Source: an uncultured Oscillospiraceae bacterium (lineage in GTDB: Bacteria; Bacillota; Clostridia; Oscillospirales; Oscillospiraceae). From it: a stretch of 64,000 bases of DNA. Every line of letters begins with the position of its first letter. The first letter of the stretch is position 1. Below, piece by piece: positions 1 to 8,583 of the stretch. Location of the stretch: positions 9,892-73,891 of the forward strand of contig CANROF010000002.1 in NCBI GenBank assembly GCA_947632155.1, in the 5' to 3' direction. The notes under the pieces were generated by a model. It saw only the letters and a list, made by a program, of their open reading frames with translations. It did not search any database and was not told where the DNA came from. A program made the position numbers and the translations under genes.

Positions 1-2514
1 CACGAGGAATACTACTCCACCGACCAGGACGGGGCCGTCATCCTCAACGCCGGCGAGCGGGCGTTTTTGGAGGAGCTCCGGTCCTCCGGCCGTCCGCTGC
101 GGCTCCTTTTTAACCCCGACCGCGTCCCCTACTGCTATTATCAGGACGGCGAGGCCATGGGCATCCTGCCCGCGATCTTCGCCGCCCTGGCCCAGCGTCT
201 GGAGCTGAGCTACGAATTTATCCCGGTGGAGACGCGGGAGGAGTACTACTCCCTCCGGGCCGCCGGCGAGGCCGACGTGGTGCTGGACTTCATTGGCGAT
301 TACTACCAGGCCGAGGAGGAGGGCTACAAGATAACCGTCCCCTTCTTTGAGACGAGCTTCGCCCGCCTTTCGCTGGACGGCTTCACCGGCTCCGTCAGGC
401 GCCTTGCGGTGATGGAGCGGGCCGAGGCCATCAACAGCTACATCGCCAGCCGCTACCCGGAGGAGGCGCTGACGCGCTATCCCTCCTCGGAGGCGTGCGT
501 CCAGGCGGTGCTGCGAGGCGACGCCGACGCCACCATCCTCTACGCCTACACCGCCGAGTGGTACGCCCAGCAGGATTCCAGAAACCGGCTGGCGGCGGTG
601 CCTCTGGGCGCCACGTCCTTTTCCTACGCCGTGGCCAACAACGTCCCGGGGGGCAGATACCTGCTCTCCATTCTGGACAAGGGCACCGACAGCCTCAGCG
701 AGACGCAGCTTGACGAGCTCATCGCCCGGGAGGTGGACGCCGGCCGCCGGCCGGACTTGACCCTGACGGCGTTCCTCTACCGCAATCCCGTCTACGGCAT
801 CGCCGGCACGGCGCTGGTGCTGCTGCTGCTCTTCACCCTGGCGATGCTGGCCGTGCGGACGTTCAATCAGAAAAAGCTCAAGGAACGGATCGCCCGGGCC
901 ACCGGCGAGCTGGAGGCCAAGACCCGGGAGCTCTCAAAGGCGCTGGACGCCGCCGACGCCGCCAACCGCGCCAAGACCACCTTTTTGAACAACATGTCCC
1001 ACGACATCCGCACGCCCATGAACGCCATCATCGGCTACACGGCCCTGACCACGGCGCACCTGGACAACCCGGAGCGGGCCAGCGACTACTTATCGAAGAT
1101 CGCCCAGGCGTCCAACCACCTTTTGAGCCTTATAAACGACGTTCTGGACATGAGCCGCATCGAGTCCGGCAAGGTCACCATCGAGGAGCGGCCCGAAAAC
1201 CTGGCCGACATCCTCCAGGGCCTTCGGAACATCATCCAGTCCGACGTCCACGCCAAGCGCCTGGAGCTCTTCATCGACACGGTGGACGTCACGGACGAGG
1301 AGGTCTTCTGCGACAGGCTGAGGCTCAATCAGATCCTGCTCAACCTCACCTCCAACGCCATCAAGTTCACCCCCGCCGGGGGCTCCGTGGCCATCCGCGT
1401 CACCCAGAAGCCCTCAAAGAGCGAGGGGGCCGGGATATACGAGTTCCGGGTCAGCGACACCGGCATCGGCATGAGCCCGGAGTTTGCGCAGACCGTCTTT
1501 GACCCCTTCACCCGGGAGCGGAATTCCACCGTCAGCGGCATTCAGGGCACCGGCCTCGGCATGGCCATCACCAAGAACATCGTGGACATGATGGGCGGCT
1601 CCATCCGGGTGGAAAGCGCCCCGGGAAAGGGCACCACGTTCACCGTGGAGCTTACGCTGCGCTTCTCCGCCCAGCACAAGACGGTGGGCGCCATCGCGGA
1701 GCTCAGCGGCTTCCGGGGCCTGGTGGTGGACGACGACTTAGTGAGCTGCCAGAGCGTCTCCAAGATGCTCCGCCAGATCGGGATGCGCGCGGAGTGGACG
1801 CTCTCCGGCAGAGAGGCGGCGGTCCGCACCGCCGAGGCCATCGAGCTTGCCGACCCCTTTGAGGTGTACATCGTTGACTGGTCCATGCCGGAGATGAGCG
1901 GCGTGGAGACGGTCCGGGAGATTCGGAAGATCGTGGGGCACGAATCCCCCATCATCCTGATGTCCGCCTACGACTGGTCGGATATCGAGGACGAGGCCCG
2001 CAGGGCCGGAGTCACCGGGTTTATCAGCAAGCCGCTGTTCGCCTCCGACCTCCACCGGGCGCTGGAGGCCAGCCTTGGCCGCGCCGCCCAGCCCGGCCCG
2101 GAGAAAAAGGACGAGCCGGCTAAAGACGTCTTCGCCGGCAAACGGATACTCCTGGCCGAGGACAACGAGCTCAACCGCGAGATCGCCGCGGAGCTTTTGA
2201 CCGAGGCGGGCTTCCAGGTGGAGTTCGCCGAGAACGGCAAGGAGGCCAGCGCCATGGCGGGGGCCTGCGCGCCCGGCTATTACGACCTCATTCTCATGGA
2301 CATCCAGATGCCCATTATGGACGGCTACGAGGCCACCCGGGCCATCCGTTCCCTCCCCGACCCGGCCCTGGCGCAGGTCCCCATCATCGCCATGACCGCC
2401 AACGCCTTTGAGGAGGACAAGCGCCGCGCGCTGGAGGCCGGCATGAACGGGCACCTCTCCAAGCCCATCGACATCGGCGAGATGCTGAAGCTCCTGCGGG
2501 AGCTCTTCGCCTGA
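1..2514 (+). CDS. hybrid sensor histidine kinase/response regulator, 5' end outside window (solute-binding-like extracytoplasmic domain, TM, HisKA, HATPase, two receiver domains)
   Basis: Frame 1 is open from nt 1, so the TTG at 67 in the ORF track is internal. H-box FLNNMSHDIRTPMNAIIGY; G2 box GTGLGMAI; receiver motifs VVDDD..IVDWSMPEMSG and LAEDN..LILMDIQMPIMDG. A terminator follows. Confidence 0.9.
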   Translation, partial: HEEYYSTDQDGAVILNAGERAFLEELRSSGRPLRLLFNPDRVPYCYYQDGEAMGILPAIFAALAQRLELSYEFIPVETREEYYSLRAAGEADVVLDFIGDYYQAEEEGYKITVPFFETSFARLSLDGFTGSVRRLAVMERAEAINSYIASRYPEEALTRYPSSEACVQAVLRGDADATILYAYTAEWYAQQDSRNRLAAVPLGATSFSYAVANNVPGGRYLLSILDKGTDSLSETQLDELIAREVDAGRRPDLTLTAFLYRNPVYGIAGTALVLLLLFTLAMLAVRTFNQKKLKERIARATGELEAKTRELSKALDAADAANRAKTTFLNNMSHDIRTPMNAIIGYTALTTAHLDNPERASDYLSKIAQASNHLLSLINDVLDMSRIESGKVTIEERPENLADILQGLRNIIQSDVHAKRLELFIDTVDVTDEEVFCDRLRLNQILLNLTSNAIKFTPAGGSVAIRVTQKPSKSEGAGIYEFRVSDTGIGMSPEFAQTVFDPFTRERNSTVSGIQGTGLGMAITKNIVDMMGGSIRVESAPGKGTTFTVELTLRFSAQHKTVGAIAELSGFRGLVVDDDLVSCQSVSKMLRQIGMRAEWTLSGREAAVRTAEAIELADPFEVYIVDWSMPEMSGVETVREIRKIVGHESPIILMSAYDWSDIEDEARRAGVTGFISKPLFASDLHRALEASLGRAAQPGPEKKDEPAKDVFAGKRILLAEDNELNREIAAELLTEAGFQVEFAENGKEASAMAGACAPGYYDLILMDIQMPIMDGYEATRAIRSLPDPALAQVPIIAMTANAFEEDKRRALEAGMNGHLSKPIDIGEMLKLLRELFA

Positions 2515-2542
2515 GCCGGCAGAAAAATGCAATGTGTAAAAA

Positions 2543-2574
2543 GCGGAGGTGGTATACAAACGCCTCCGCTTTTT
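2543..2574 (+). terminator. rho-independent terminator after the first hybrid kinase
   Basis: GCGGAGG, loop, CCTCCGC, then TTTTT. Confidence 0.8.
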
Positions 2575-2600
2575 ATGGCGATTCTACGTCCATCAGGCTA

Positions 2601-2629
2601 TGGACACGGCGGCACAAATGTGCTATGAT
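2601..2629 (+). promoter_or_regulatory. sigma-A-type promoter for the second hybrid kinase
   Basis: TGGACA, 17 nt, then TGcTATGAT (extended -10). Confidence 0.55.
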
Positions 2630-2689
2630 TATATTTGTATGATCATGCCCCGGGGGCGTCCCCGGGCTTTAAGAGGAAGGGACAGCGAG

Positions 2690-4618
2690 ATGGAGATTAC
2701 ATTGGAGAATATCGCGGCGTGCTTTGACCCCGTTCCGGCTCCTGTGATCCTGTTCACCGGGGAGGCCGGGTCACTCAGCGCCGCCTACCGCAATCCCGCC
2801 GCCGCGGAGCTTCTGGGCGGGCGCGAGGAGCAGTTCGTCCGGGAGCTGGAGCCCGCCCTGCGGGAGGGCCGGGAGCGCTGCCAGTGCGGCCTGGACGGCG
2901 TGCCCATGGCCGTCAGGATCTCGCGCTACCCCGGAGGCCGCACGCTGGTCATCTTTCGGAGCGCCCAGGAGGACCTGAGCCGGGAGCAGGAGCGCGTCAA
3001 CGCCGCCAAGGCTGCGCTCCAGAGCGCCCTGGACGCGGCCAACGCCGCAAATCAGGCCAAGAGCGACTTCCTTTCCAATATGTCCCACGACATCCGCACG
3101 CCCCTCAACGCCATCATCGGCATGACCACCATCGCCCGGGCGCATCTGGACGAGCGCCAGCGCGTGGAGGACTGCCTGGAGAAGATAAGCCTCTCCTCCC
3201 GGCACCTTTTGGGGCTCATCAACGACATTTTGGACATGTCCCGCATCGAGAGCGGCAAGATGACCCTCTCGCCGGAGAGCTTCACCATGGCGGACTTCCT
3301 CCACTCGCTGATGGCGGTGTTCCGCCCCCAGGCGGAGAAGAAGCGCCAGCGGATCATCCTGGACTTCACCGGCGTGCGCCGGGAGAACGTCCGGGGCGAC
3401 CAGCTCCGGATACAGCAGATTCTCATCAACATCCTCTCCAACGCGGTGAAATTCACCCCCGAGGAGGGCGAAATATCCCTCACCGTCCGGGAGACGCACA
3501 GCGCCTCCCTCTCCGGGCGGGGGTATGCCTATTACCAGTTCGTCATCCGGGACACCGGCATGGGGATGACGCCGGAATTTTTAAAGCGCCTCTTCAAGCC
3601 CTTTGAGCGGGGCGAGGGCACCGGCCGCATCGAGGGCACGGGCCTTGGCATGACCATCACCCAGAATTTAGTCAAAATGATGAACGGCGAAATCTCCGTG
3701 GAGAGCGCCCCCGGGCGCGGCACCACCTTCACCGTCACCCTGCCGCTGGAGCAGGAGGACGAGAACGAGGAGGGCCTGGAGGCCCTGCGGGGACGCCGCG
3801 TGCTGGCGGCGGATTCCGACAGCGCGTCGCTCCGGAATCTAAGGGAGATTCTCTCCGACCTCGGCATGGAGTGCGAATGCGTCTCCACCGGCTGGGAGGT
3901 AAACGACCTGGCGGCCCAGGCACACCTGGAGGGCCGGGACTACTTCGCCATCCTCCTGGGCTGGCAGCTCCCCGTGGTGGACGGCGTCCAGATCTGCCGG
4001 GAGCTCCGGAAAATACTGGGCGGCTCCGTCCCGATCCTCATCATGTCCGCCTACGAGTGGACGCTCTCGCCGGACGACATGCGCAAAAACGGTGTCTCCG
4101 CCTTCGTCCCGAAGCCCCTCTTCCGCTCGCGGCTGGGCGAAGCGCTCTTCCGCTTCACGCCCCAGGGGCTGTCCTCCTCATCCCGGGGCTCCGGCGAGGA
4201 CGTGGAGGACTTCACGGGCTTTCATATCCTCCTCGTTGAGGACAACGACATAAACCGGGAGATCGGCCAGGAGCTCATCGGGATGCTGGGCGCCTCCGTC
4301 ACATGCGCCGAGGACGGAAAAAAGGCCCTGGAGCTCTTCCGGGACTCCCCCGTCGGCCGGTTCGACCTCATTTTCATGGACATACAGATGCCCGTCATGG
4401 ACGGCCTGGAGGCCACCGGCGCCATACGCTCCCTGCCGCGGGCCGACGCCGGGACGATACCCATTATCGCCATGAGCGCCAACGCCTTTGTGGAGGACAT
4501 ACGCGAATGCATCCGCGCCGGGATGAACGACCACATCCCGAAGCCCGTGAGCCTCCAGAGCCTCTCCCAGGTCATGGCCAGGCACCTCCGGGGCCAGGAG
4601 GGGGGCGGGTCCGTATGA
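2690..4618 (+). CDS. cytoplasmic hybrid sensor histidine kinase with a degenerate first receiver and a canonical second receiver
   Basis: Start moved to ATG 2690 (RBS AGGAAGGGA upstream). The terminator at 2543-2574 and promoter at 2601-2629 lie inside the 2549 extension. H-box FLSNMSHDIRTPLNAIIGM; GTGLGMTI; second receiver LIFMDIQMPVMDG. Confidence 0.88.
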   Translation: MEITLENIAACFDPVPAPVILFTGEAGSLSAAYRNPAAAELLGGREEQFVRELEPALREGRERCQCGLDGVPMAVRISRYPGGRTLVIFRSAQEDLSREQERVNAAKAALQSALDAANAANQAKSDFLSNMSHDIRTPLNAIIGMTTIARAHLDERQRVEDCLEKISLSSRHLLGLINDILDMSRIESGKMTLSPESFTMADFLHSLMAVFRPQAEKKRQRIILDFTGVRRENVRGDQLRIQQILINILSNAVKFTPEEGEISLTVRETHSASLSGRGYAYYQFVIRDTGMGMTPEFLKRLFKPFERGEGTGRIEGTGLGMTITQNLVKMMNGEISVESAPGRGTTFTVTLPLEQEDENEEGLEALRGRRVLAADSDSASLRNLREILSDLGMECECVSTGWEVNDLAAQAHLEGRDYFAILLGWQLPVVDGVQICRELRKILGGSVPILIMSAYEWTLSPDDMRKNGVSAFVPKPLFRSRLGEALFRFTPQGLSSSSRGSGEDVEDFTGFHILLVEDNDINREIGQELIGMLGASVTCAEDGKKALELFRDSPVGRFDLIFMDIQMPVMDGLEATGAIRSLPRADAGTIPIIAMSANAFVEDIRECIRAGMNDHIPKPVSLQSLSQVMARHLRGQEGGGSV

Positions 4619-6471
4619 AGCCATACCAGCTTGAGTATCTGAGCCTCGTCCGCGCCGCCGCGCAGCAGATACGCCCCTCCGCCGACGAGCTGGAGCCGGA
4701 GGAATTTGTGGAGGCCTCCCGGCGCCAAAAGCGCGAGGCACGCAGGGCCATCGACCGGGGGACGGTGCTTTTGCGTGAGCGGCTGTTCCCGGTTTTGGGG
4801 AACATCTTCGCCGTCTCCGACGAGGACGCCCGGGACTTGGAGGAATTCGCCGCGGAGCTCACCCGCCCCGGCGTGGGCAACGACGTGGAGCTGGGCTGCC
4901 GCATCCACCAGGCGCTTTTGAGCCGCGCCCGGCAGGCCGGCGACCGGGACGGGGTGATTCGGGAGCTGTACTACGTGGGGATGACGCTCCACAGCCTGGA
5001 GTCCATGCTGAGCCCCAACAGCCTGCGGCTCTACACCGCCAGGATGCGCATGTGCTTCACGGAAAGCGCCTCGTATTTCGAGACGGACTACGAGGACATA
5101 AAGGACCCAGAGACGCGCGGCTACATCCACCGCAGCATGGGCAACATAGCCCTGAGCTACGTGGACAACTCCCCCGCCTCGGCCAAGGCCAAGCTCGCGG
5201 CCATAACCCGCTCGCTCAGGATCCTCTCCGACCCGGAGATTCAGGCCATGACCCCCTCGCTTCCGTGGGAGCAGTATATCTACAAGACTCATCAGGAGTG
5301 TACCACGCTCCTGAACTTCCTGCGCTCGGGCCAGGCCGGCCCCGAGGCCTTCGCCCAGGTGCTGGAGTCGGCCCAGATCGTCCAGGACCGCCAGACAGCC
5401 GCCGCCAGGGAGCGGGGCATTCCGCTCCAGCCCAGGTGGCAGTACGCCTACATGGCCGCCAGATACCACTGTGGGGCCATGCTCCTGCCGGAGCTGCTGG
5501 ACGGGCTCTACGGGCTGTCCACCTCCAAGGAGGACGACGACATGAGCCATGAGGGCATGTTCTCCCATGTCACCGCCCCGGCGCTCTATATCGAATACTC
5601 CAAGGGCCTCACCGGCGGCCGGGCGGCGGCGGAGGCGGAGCTGCGGATTCCCCGGATGACCCACCGGCTTCTGGCATGGCTCGTCCGCTTCCCCTCCGGC
5701 GTGGACGAGCAGGTGAGCTTCGCCGTGCGGCAGTTCATTTACGCCTACCGGGAGCTGCCCGGGTGCATGTCGTTTTATGAGGCGCTTCAGAACGTCTTGG
5801 CGGCCTGCTGCCCCACGCTTTACGCCAGGGGCTGGATCGTCAGCCATATGGCCGAGCGCATGGCCCTGTGGGCCGCGTCGGACTGCCCGGGGCGGCTGGC
5901 GGGAATACCCGGCTTTGCCACGGCGGAGGACGTCTCCGCCAGGTCCGGGGAGCTTTTGAGTCTCGTCCGGAGGGCCGGGCGCGTATACGACGCCGGCATG
6001 ATACACTTCGTCAACTTCGAGGCCTCCGCCTGCCGGGGGCTGATCTCCGACGAGGAGGCGCTTTTGCAGCTCCACGCCCACTGTGGGGCGATGCTCCTGA
6101 GCCGGCACCCCTCCACCGCGGTCTTTGCCGACGTGGCCAAGGGCCACCACTGTCATTTTGACGGCCGGGGCGGCTACCCGAGGGATTTTTCCATACTGGA
6201 CTCCCCCATGCGGCCGCTCATCGCCTTGATCTCCGCCGCGGACACCCTCTCCGCCGCCGTGGAGGAGATCTCCACCCGTATGCGCCCCTACGTCACCTTT
6301 GACCAGGCCCTGGCGCAGCTCCGGGAGGGCTCCGGGACGGCCTACGCCCCCTTTGTCGCGGAGCTCCTGACCCCGGCGCGGTGCGAGGAGCTGCGGCTGA
6401 GTCTGGAGGAGTGGCGGCACGAGGCGTATCTGCACATGTATAACCGCCGCGCCGCCATGCGAAGCATGTGA
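4615..6471 (+). CDS. HD-GYP-like domain protein with long helical N-terminal region
   Basis: ATGA start/stop overlap with the upstream kinase (ATG 4615). C-terminal motifs SHMAERMALWA, VYDAGMI, LHAHCGAMLL, GHHCHFDGRGGYP and ISAADTLSA match the HD-GYP layout. Confidence 0.75.
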   Translation: MKPYQLEYLSLVRAAAQQIRPSADELEPEEFVEASRRQKREARRAIDRGTVLLRERLFPVLGNIFAVSDEDARDLEEFAAELTRPGVGNDVELGCRIHQALLSRARQAGDRDGVIRELYYVGMTLHSLESMLSPNSLRLYTARMRMCFTESASYFETDYEDIKDPETRGYIHRSMGNIALSYVDNSPASAKAKLAAITRSLRILSDPEIQAMTPSLPWEQYIYKTHQECTTLLNFLRSGQAGPEAFAQVLESAQIVQDRQTAAARERGIPLQPRWQYAYMAARYHCGAMLLPELLDGLYGLSTSKEDDDMSHEGMFSHVTAPALYIEYSKGLTGGRAAAEAELRIPRMTHRLLAWLVRFPSGVDEQVSFAVRQFIYAYRELPGCMSFYEALQNVLAACCPTLYARGWIVSHMAERMALWAASDCPGRLAGIPGFATAEDVSARSGELLSLVRRAGRVYDAGMIHFVNFEASACRGLISDEEALLQLHAHCGAMLLSRHPSTAVFADVAKGHHCHFDGRGGYPRDFSILDSPMRPLIALISAADTLSAAVEEISTRMRPYVTFDQALAQLREGSGTAYAPFVAELLTPARCEELRLSLEEWRHEAYLHMYNRRAAMRSM

Positions 6472-6490
6472 TACTAAGGAGTGAAAACGA

Positions 6491-7255
6491 TTGATCTATA
6501 AATGGGAGGTCACCCTGCCGGAGCTCACCGGCGGTGCGGCCAGAAGAGCCTACGTTTATATCCCCGACGGGGCCGGGCCGGACGACCGGTTCCCGGTGCT
6601 TTACATGTTCGACGGCCACAACGTCTTTTTCGACGCGGACGCCACCTACGGCAAGAGCTGGGGGATGAAGGAATATCTGGAAAGCACCGGTACGCCCCTC
6701 ATCGTCGCCGCCGTGGAGTGCTGCCACGGGGCCCACGGGGAGAGGCTTTCGGAGTACTCCCCCTTCGATTTCCGCGCCCGGGAGTTCGGCGTCCTGCCGG
6801 GACGGGGCCGGGAGACGATGGAGTGGTTCGTAAATTCCTTTAAGCCCTACATCGACAGCCGCTTCCCCACCCTGCCGGACCGGGAGCACACGTTCATCGC
6901 CGGAAGCTCCATGGGCGGCCTTATGAGCCTCTACGCCGTCACGGCGTATAACGGCGTCTTTTCAAGGTGCGCGGCGCTGTCCCCCTCCGTCATGGTGGCC
7001 CCGGGGAAGCTTGACGCGCTCCTGCGCTCCGCCCCCATGGAGCCGGGGACCGTCGTCTACATGGACTACGGCTCCCGGGAGATGACATTTCTCCCGGATA
7101 TGAAGATCGCCCGGCGCTTCGGAAAGGTGGCGTCCATTCTCATGAGCCGCGGCGCCCTGGTCACCGCCCGAATCGTCCCCGGTGGACAGCACTGTGAGGC
7201 CAGTTGGGAAAAACAGATCCCCTTTTTCATGGACGCGCTCTTTTACGGGGAATAA
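6491..7255 (+). CDS. alpha/beta hydrolase, putative esterase family
   Basis: TTG start 9 nt after AAGGAG. FPVLYMFDGHNVF and nucleophile elbow GSSMGG are typical of esterase D/IroE-like esterases. Confidence 0.8.
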   Translation: MIYKWEVTLPELTGGAARRAYVYIPDGAGPDDRFPVLYMFDGHNVFFDADATYGKSWGMKEYLESTGTPLIVAAVECCHGAHGERLSEYSPFDFRAREFGVLPGRGRETMEWFVNSFKPYIDSRFPTLPDREHTFIAGSSMGGLMSLYAVTAYNGVFSRCAALSPSVMVAPGKLDALLRSAPMEPGTVVYMDYGSREMTFLPDMKIARRFGKVASILMSRGALVTARIVPGGQHCEASWEKQIPFFMDALFYGE

Positions 7256-7291
7256 TATTACATAGTTTTATATTTTAAGGAGCGCGCTGCC

Positions 7292-8485
7292 ATGAAAAAC
7301 GTCATCTTTATCTCCCCCAACTTCCCCGCCAACTACTGGCTCTTCTGCCGGGAGCTCAAGGCCAACGGCATGAACGTGCTGGGCATCGGCGACGAGCGCT
7401 ACGAGCGGCTAAGCTCGGGCCTCCGGGAGAATTTGACCGAGTATTACAAGGTTGACAACCTGGAAAACTACGACTCCGTCTACCGGGCCGTGGCCTTTCT
7501 CATCTTCAAGCACGGGCCCATCGACTGGCTGGAGTCCAACAACGAGTACTGGCTGGAGCGGGACGCCAAGCTCCGCACGGCCTTTCACATCACCTCCGGC
7601 TTTCAGGAGTCGGACATGCCCGCCATCAAGCTCAAATCCCAGATGAAGGAATACTACAAAAGGGCCGGCATCCCCACGGCGCGTTGGCACATCGTGGAGG
7701 GGGCGGAGGACTGCGAGGCGTTTATTTCGGAGGTCGGTTACCCCGTGGTGGTGAAGCCCGACAACGGCGTGGGGGCCTCCGACACCCACGCGCTGAAGTC
7801 CCGGGAGGACCTGGTAAAATTCCTGGAAAAACGGGACCCCAAGGTAAGCTACATCATGGAGGAGTACGTCCACGCGGAGGTCAACTCCTACGACGCCATC
7901 TACGATTCCCACGGCCAGCCCATGATGGAGGCCGGGAACGTGACGCCCGTGTCCATCATGGACATCGTAAACGACGGGGACAACTCCATCTACTACATCC
8001 TCCGGGACCTGCCGGAGGACACCCGGGCCGCCGGCAGGGCCACGGCGCGGGCCTTCGGCGTCAGGAGCCGCTTTATCCACTTTGAGTTTTTCCGTCTCAC
8101 CCAGGACCAGGCGGGGCTTGGGAAAAAGGGGGACCTTGTGGGGCTGGAGGTCAACATGCGCCCCAGCGGCGGCTACACCCCGGACATGATCGACTACGCC
8201 CACGGCACCAATGTCTACAAGGTCTGGGCGGACATGATCGCCTTTGACAAGACCAGCATTCCGGAGAAGGACCGGTATTTCTGCGCGTATCTCGGCCGCC
8301 GGGACGGGAAAAAATTCGCCATGAGCCACGAGGACATCATGACCCGCTACGGCGCCCGGATGAAGCTGGTGGGCCGCATCCCCCAGGTGCTGGCCGGGGC
8401 CATGGGCGACCAGATGTATATCGCCGTCTTCCCCACCCGGGAGGAGATGGACCGGTTTTACGGGGACACGCTGGCCTGCAAATGA
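7292..8485 (+). CDS. ATP-grasp domain protein (carboxylate-amine ligase-like)
   Basis: RBS AAGGAG. 397-aa ORF with an ATP-grasp-like core (GYPVVVKPDNGVGASD, LEVNMRPSGG). A terminator follows. Confidence 0.75.
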   Translation: MKNVIFISPNFPANYWLFCRELKANGMNVLGIGDERYERLSSGLRENLTEYYKVDNLENYDSVYRAVAFLIFKHGPIDWLESNNEYWLERDAKLRTAFHITSGFQESDMPAIKLKSQMKEYYKRAGIPTARWHIVEGAEDCEAFISEVGYPVVVKPDNGVGASDTHALKSREDLVKFLEKRDPKVSYIMEEYVHAEVNSYDAIYDSHGQPMMEAGNVTPVSIMDIVNDGDNSIYYILRDLPEDTRAAGRATARAFGVRSRFIHFEFFRLTQDQAGLGKKGDLVGLEVNMRPSGGYTPDMIDYAHGTNVYKVWADMIAFDKTSIPEKDRYFCAYLGRRDGKKFAMSHEDIMTRYGARMKLVGRIPQVLAGAMGDQMYIAVFPTREEMDRFYGDTLACK

Positions 8486-8507
8486 CAGGCGCGCAAGAGC
8501 AAAACGT

Positions 8508-8545
8508 GACGGGAGACGACCCCGCGATCGGCTCCCGTCTTTTGT
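8508..8545 (+). terminator. rho-independent terminator after the ATP-grasp gene
   Basis: GACGGGAG, loop, CTCCCGTC, then TTTTGTGTG. Confidence 0.75.
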
Positions 8546-8583
8546 GTGGAGAACAGATTTTAATTTTACATAAGGTTGGAATT

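Noticed and set aside
4222-6435. 737-aa minus-strand ORF
   Set aside because: It lies antisense to the kinase 3' end and the HD-GYP-like gene. It has the same GC-artefact composition, no RBS or promoter, and the plus-strand genes carry clear motifs.
8482-8583. N-terminal extension of PcrA overlapping the ATP-grasp stop (likewise 2549-2689 for the second kinase)
   Set aside because: Each extension contains the rho-independent terminator of the upstream gene. A downstream ATG with an RBS matches the conserved protein N-terminus.
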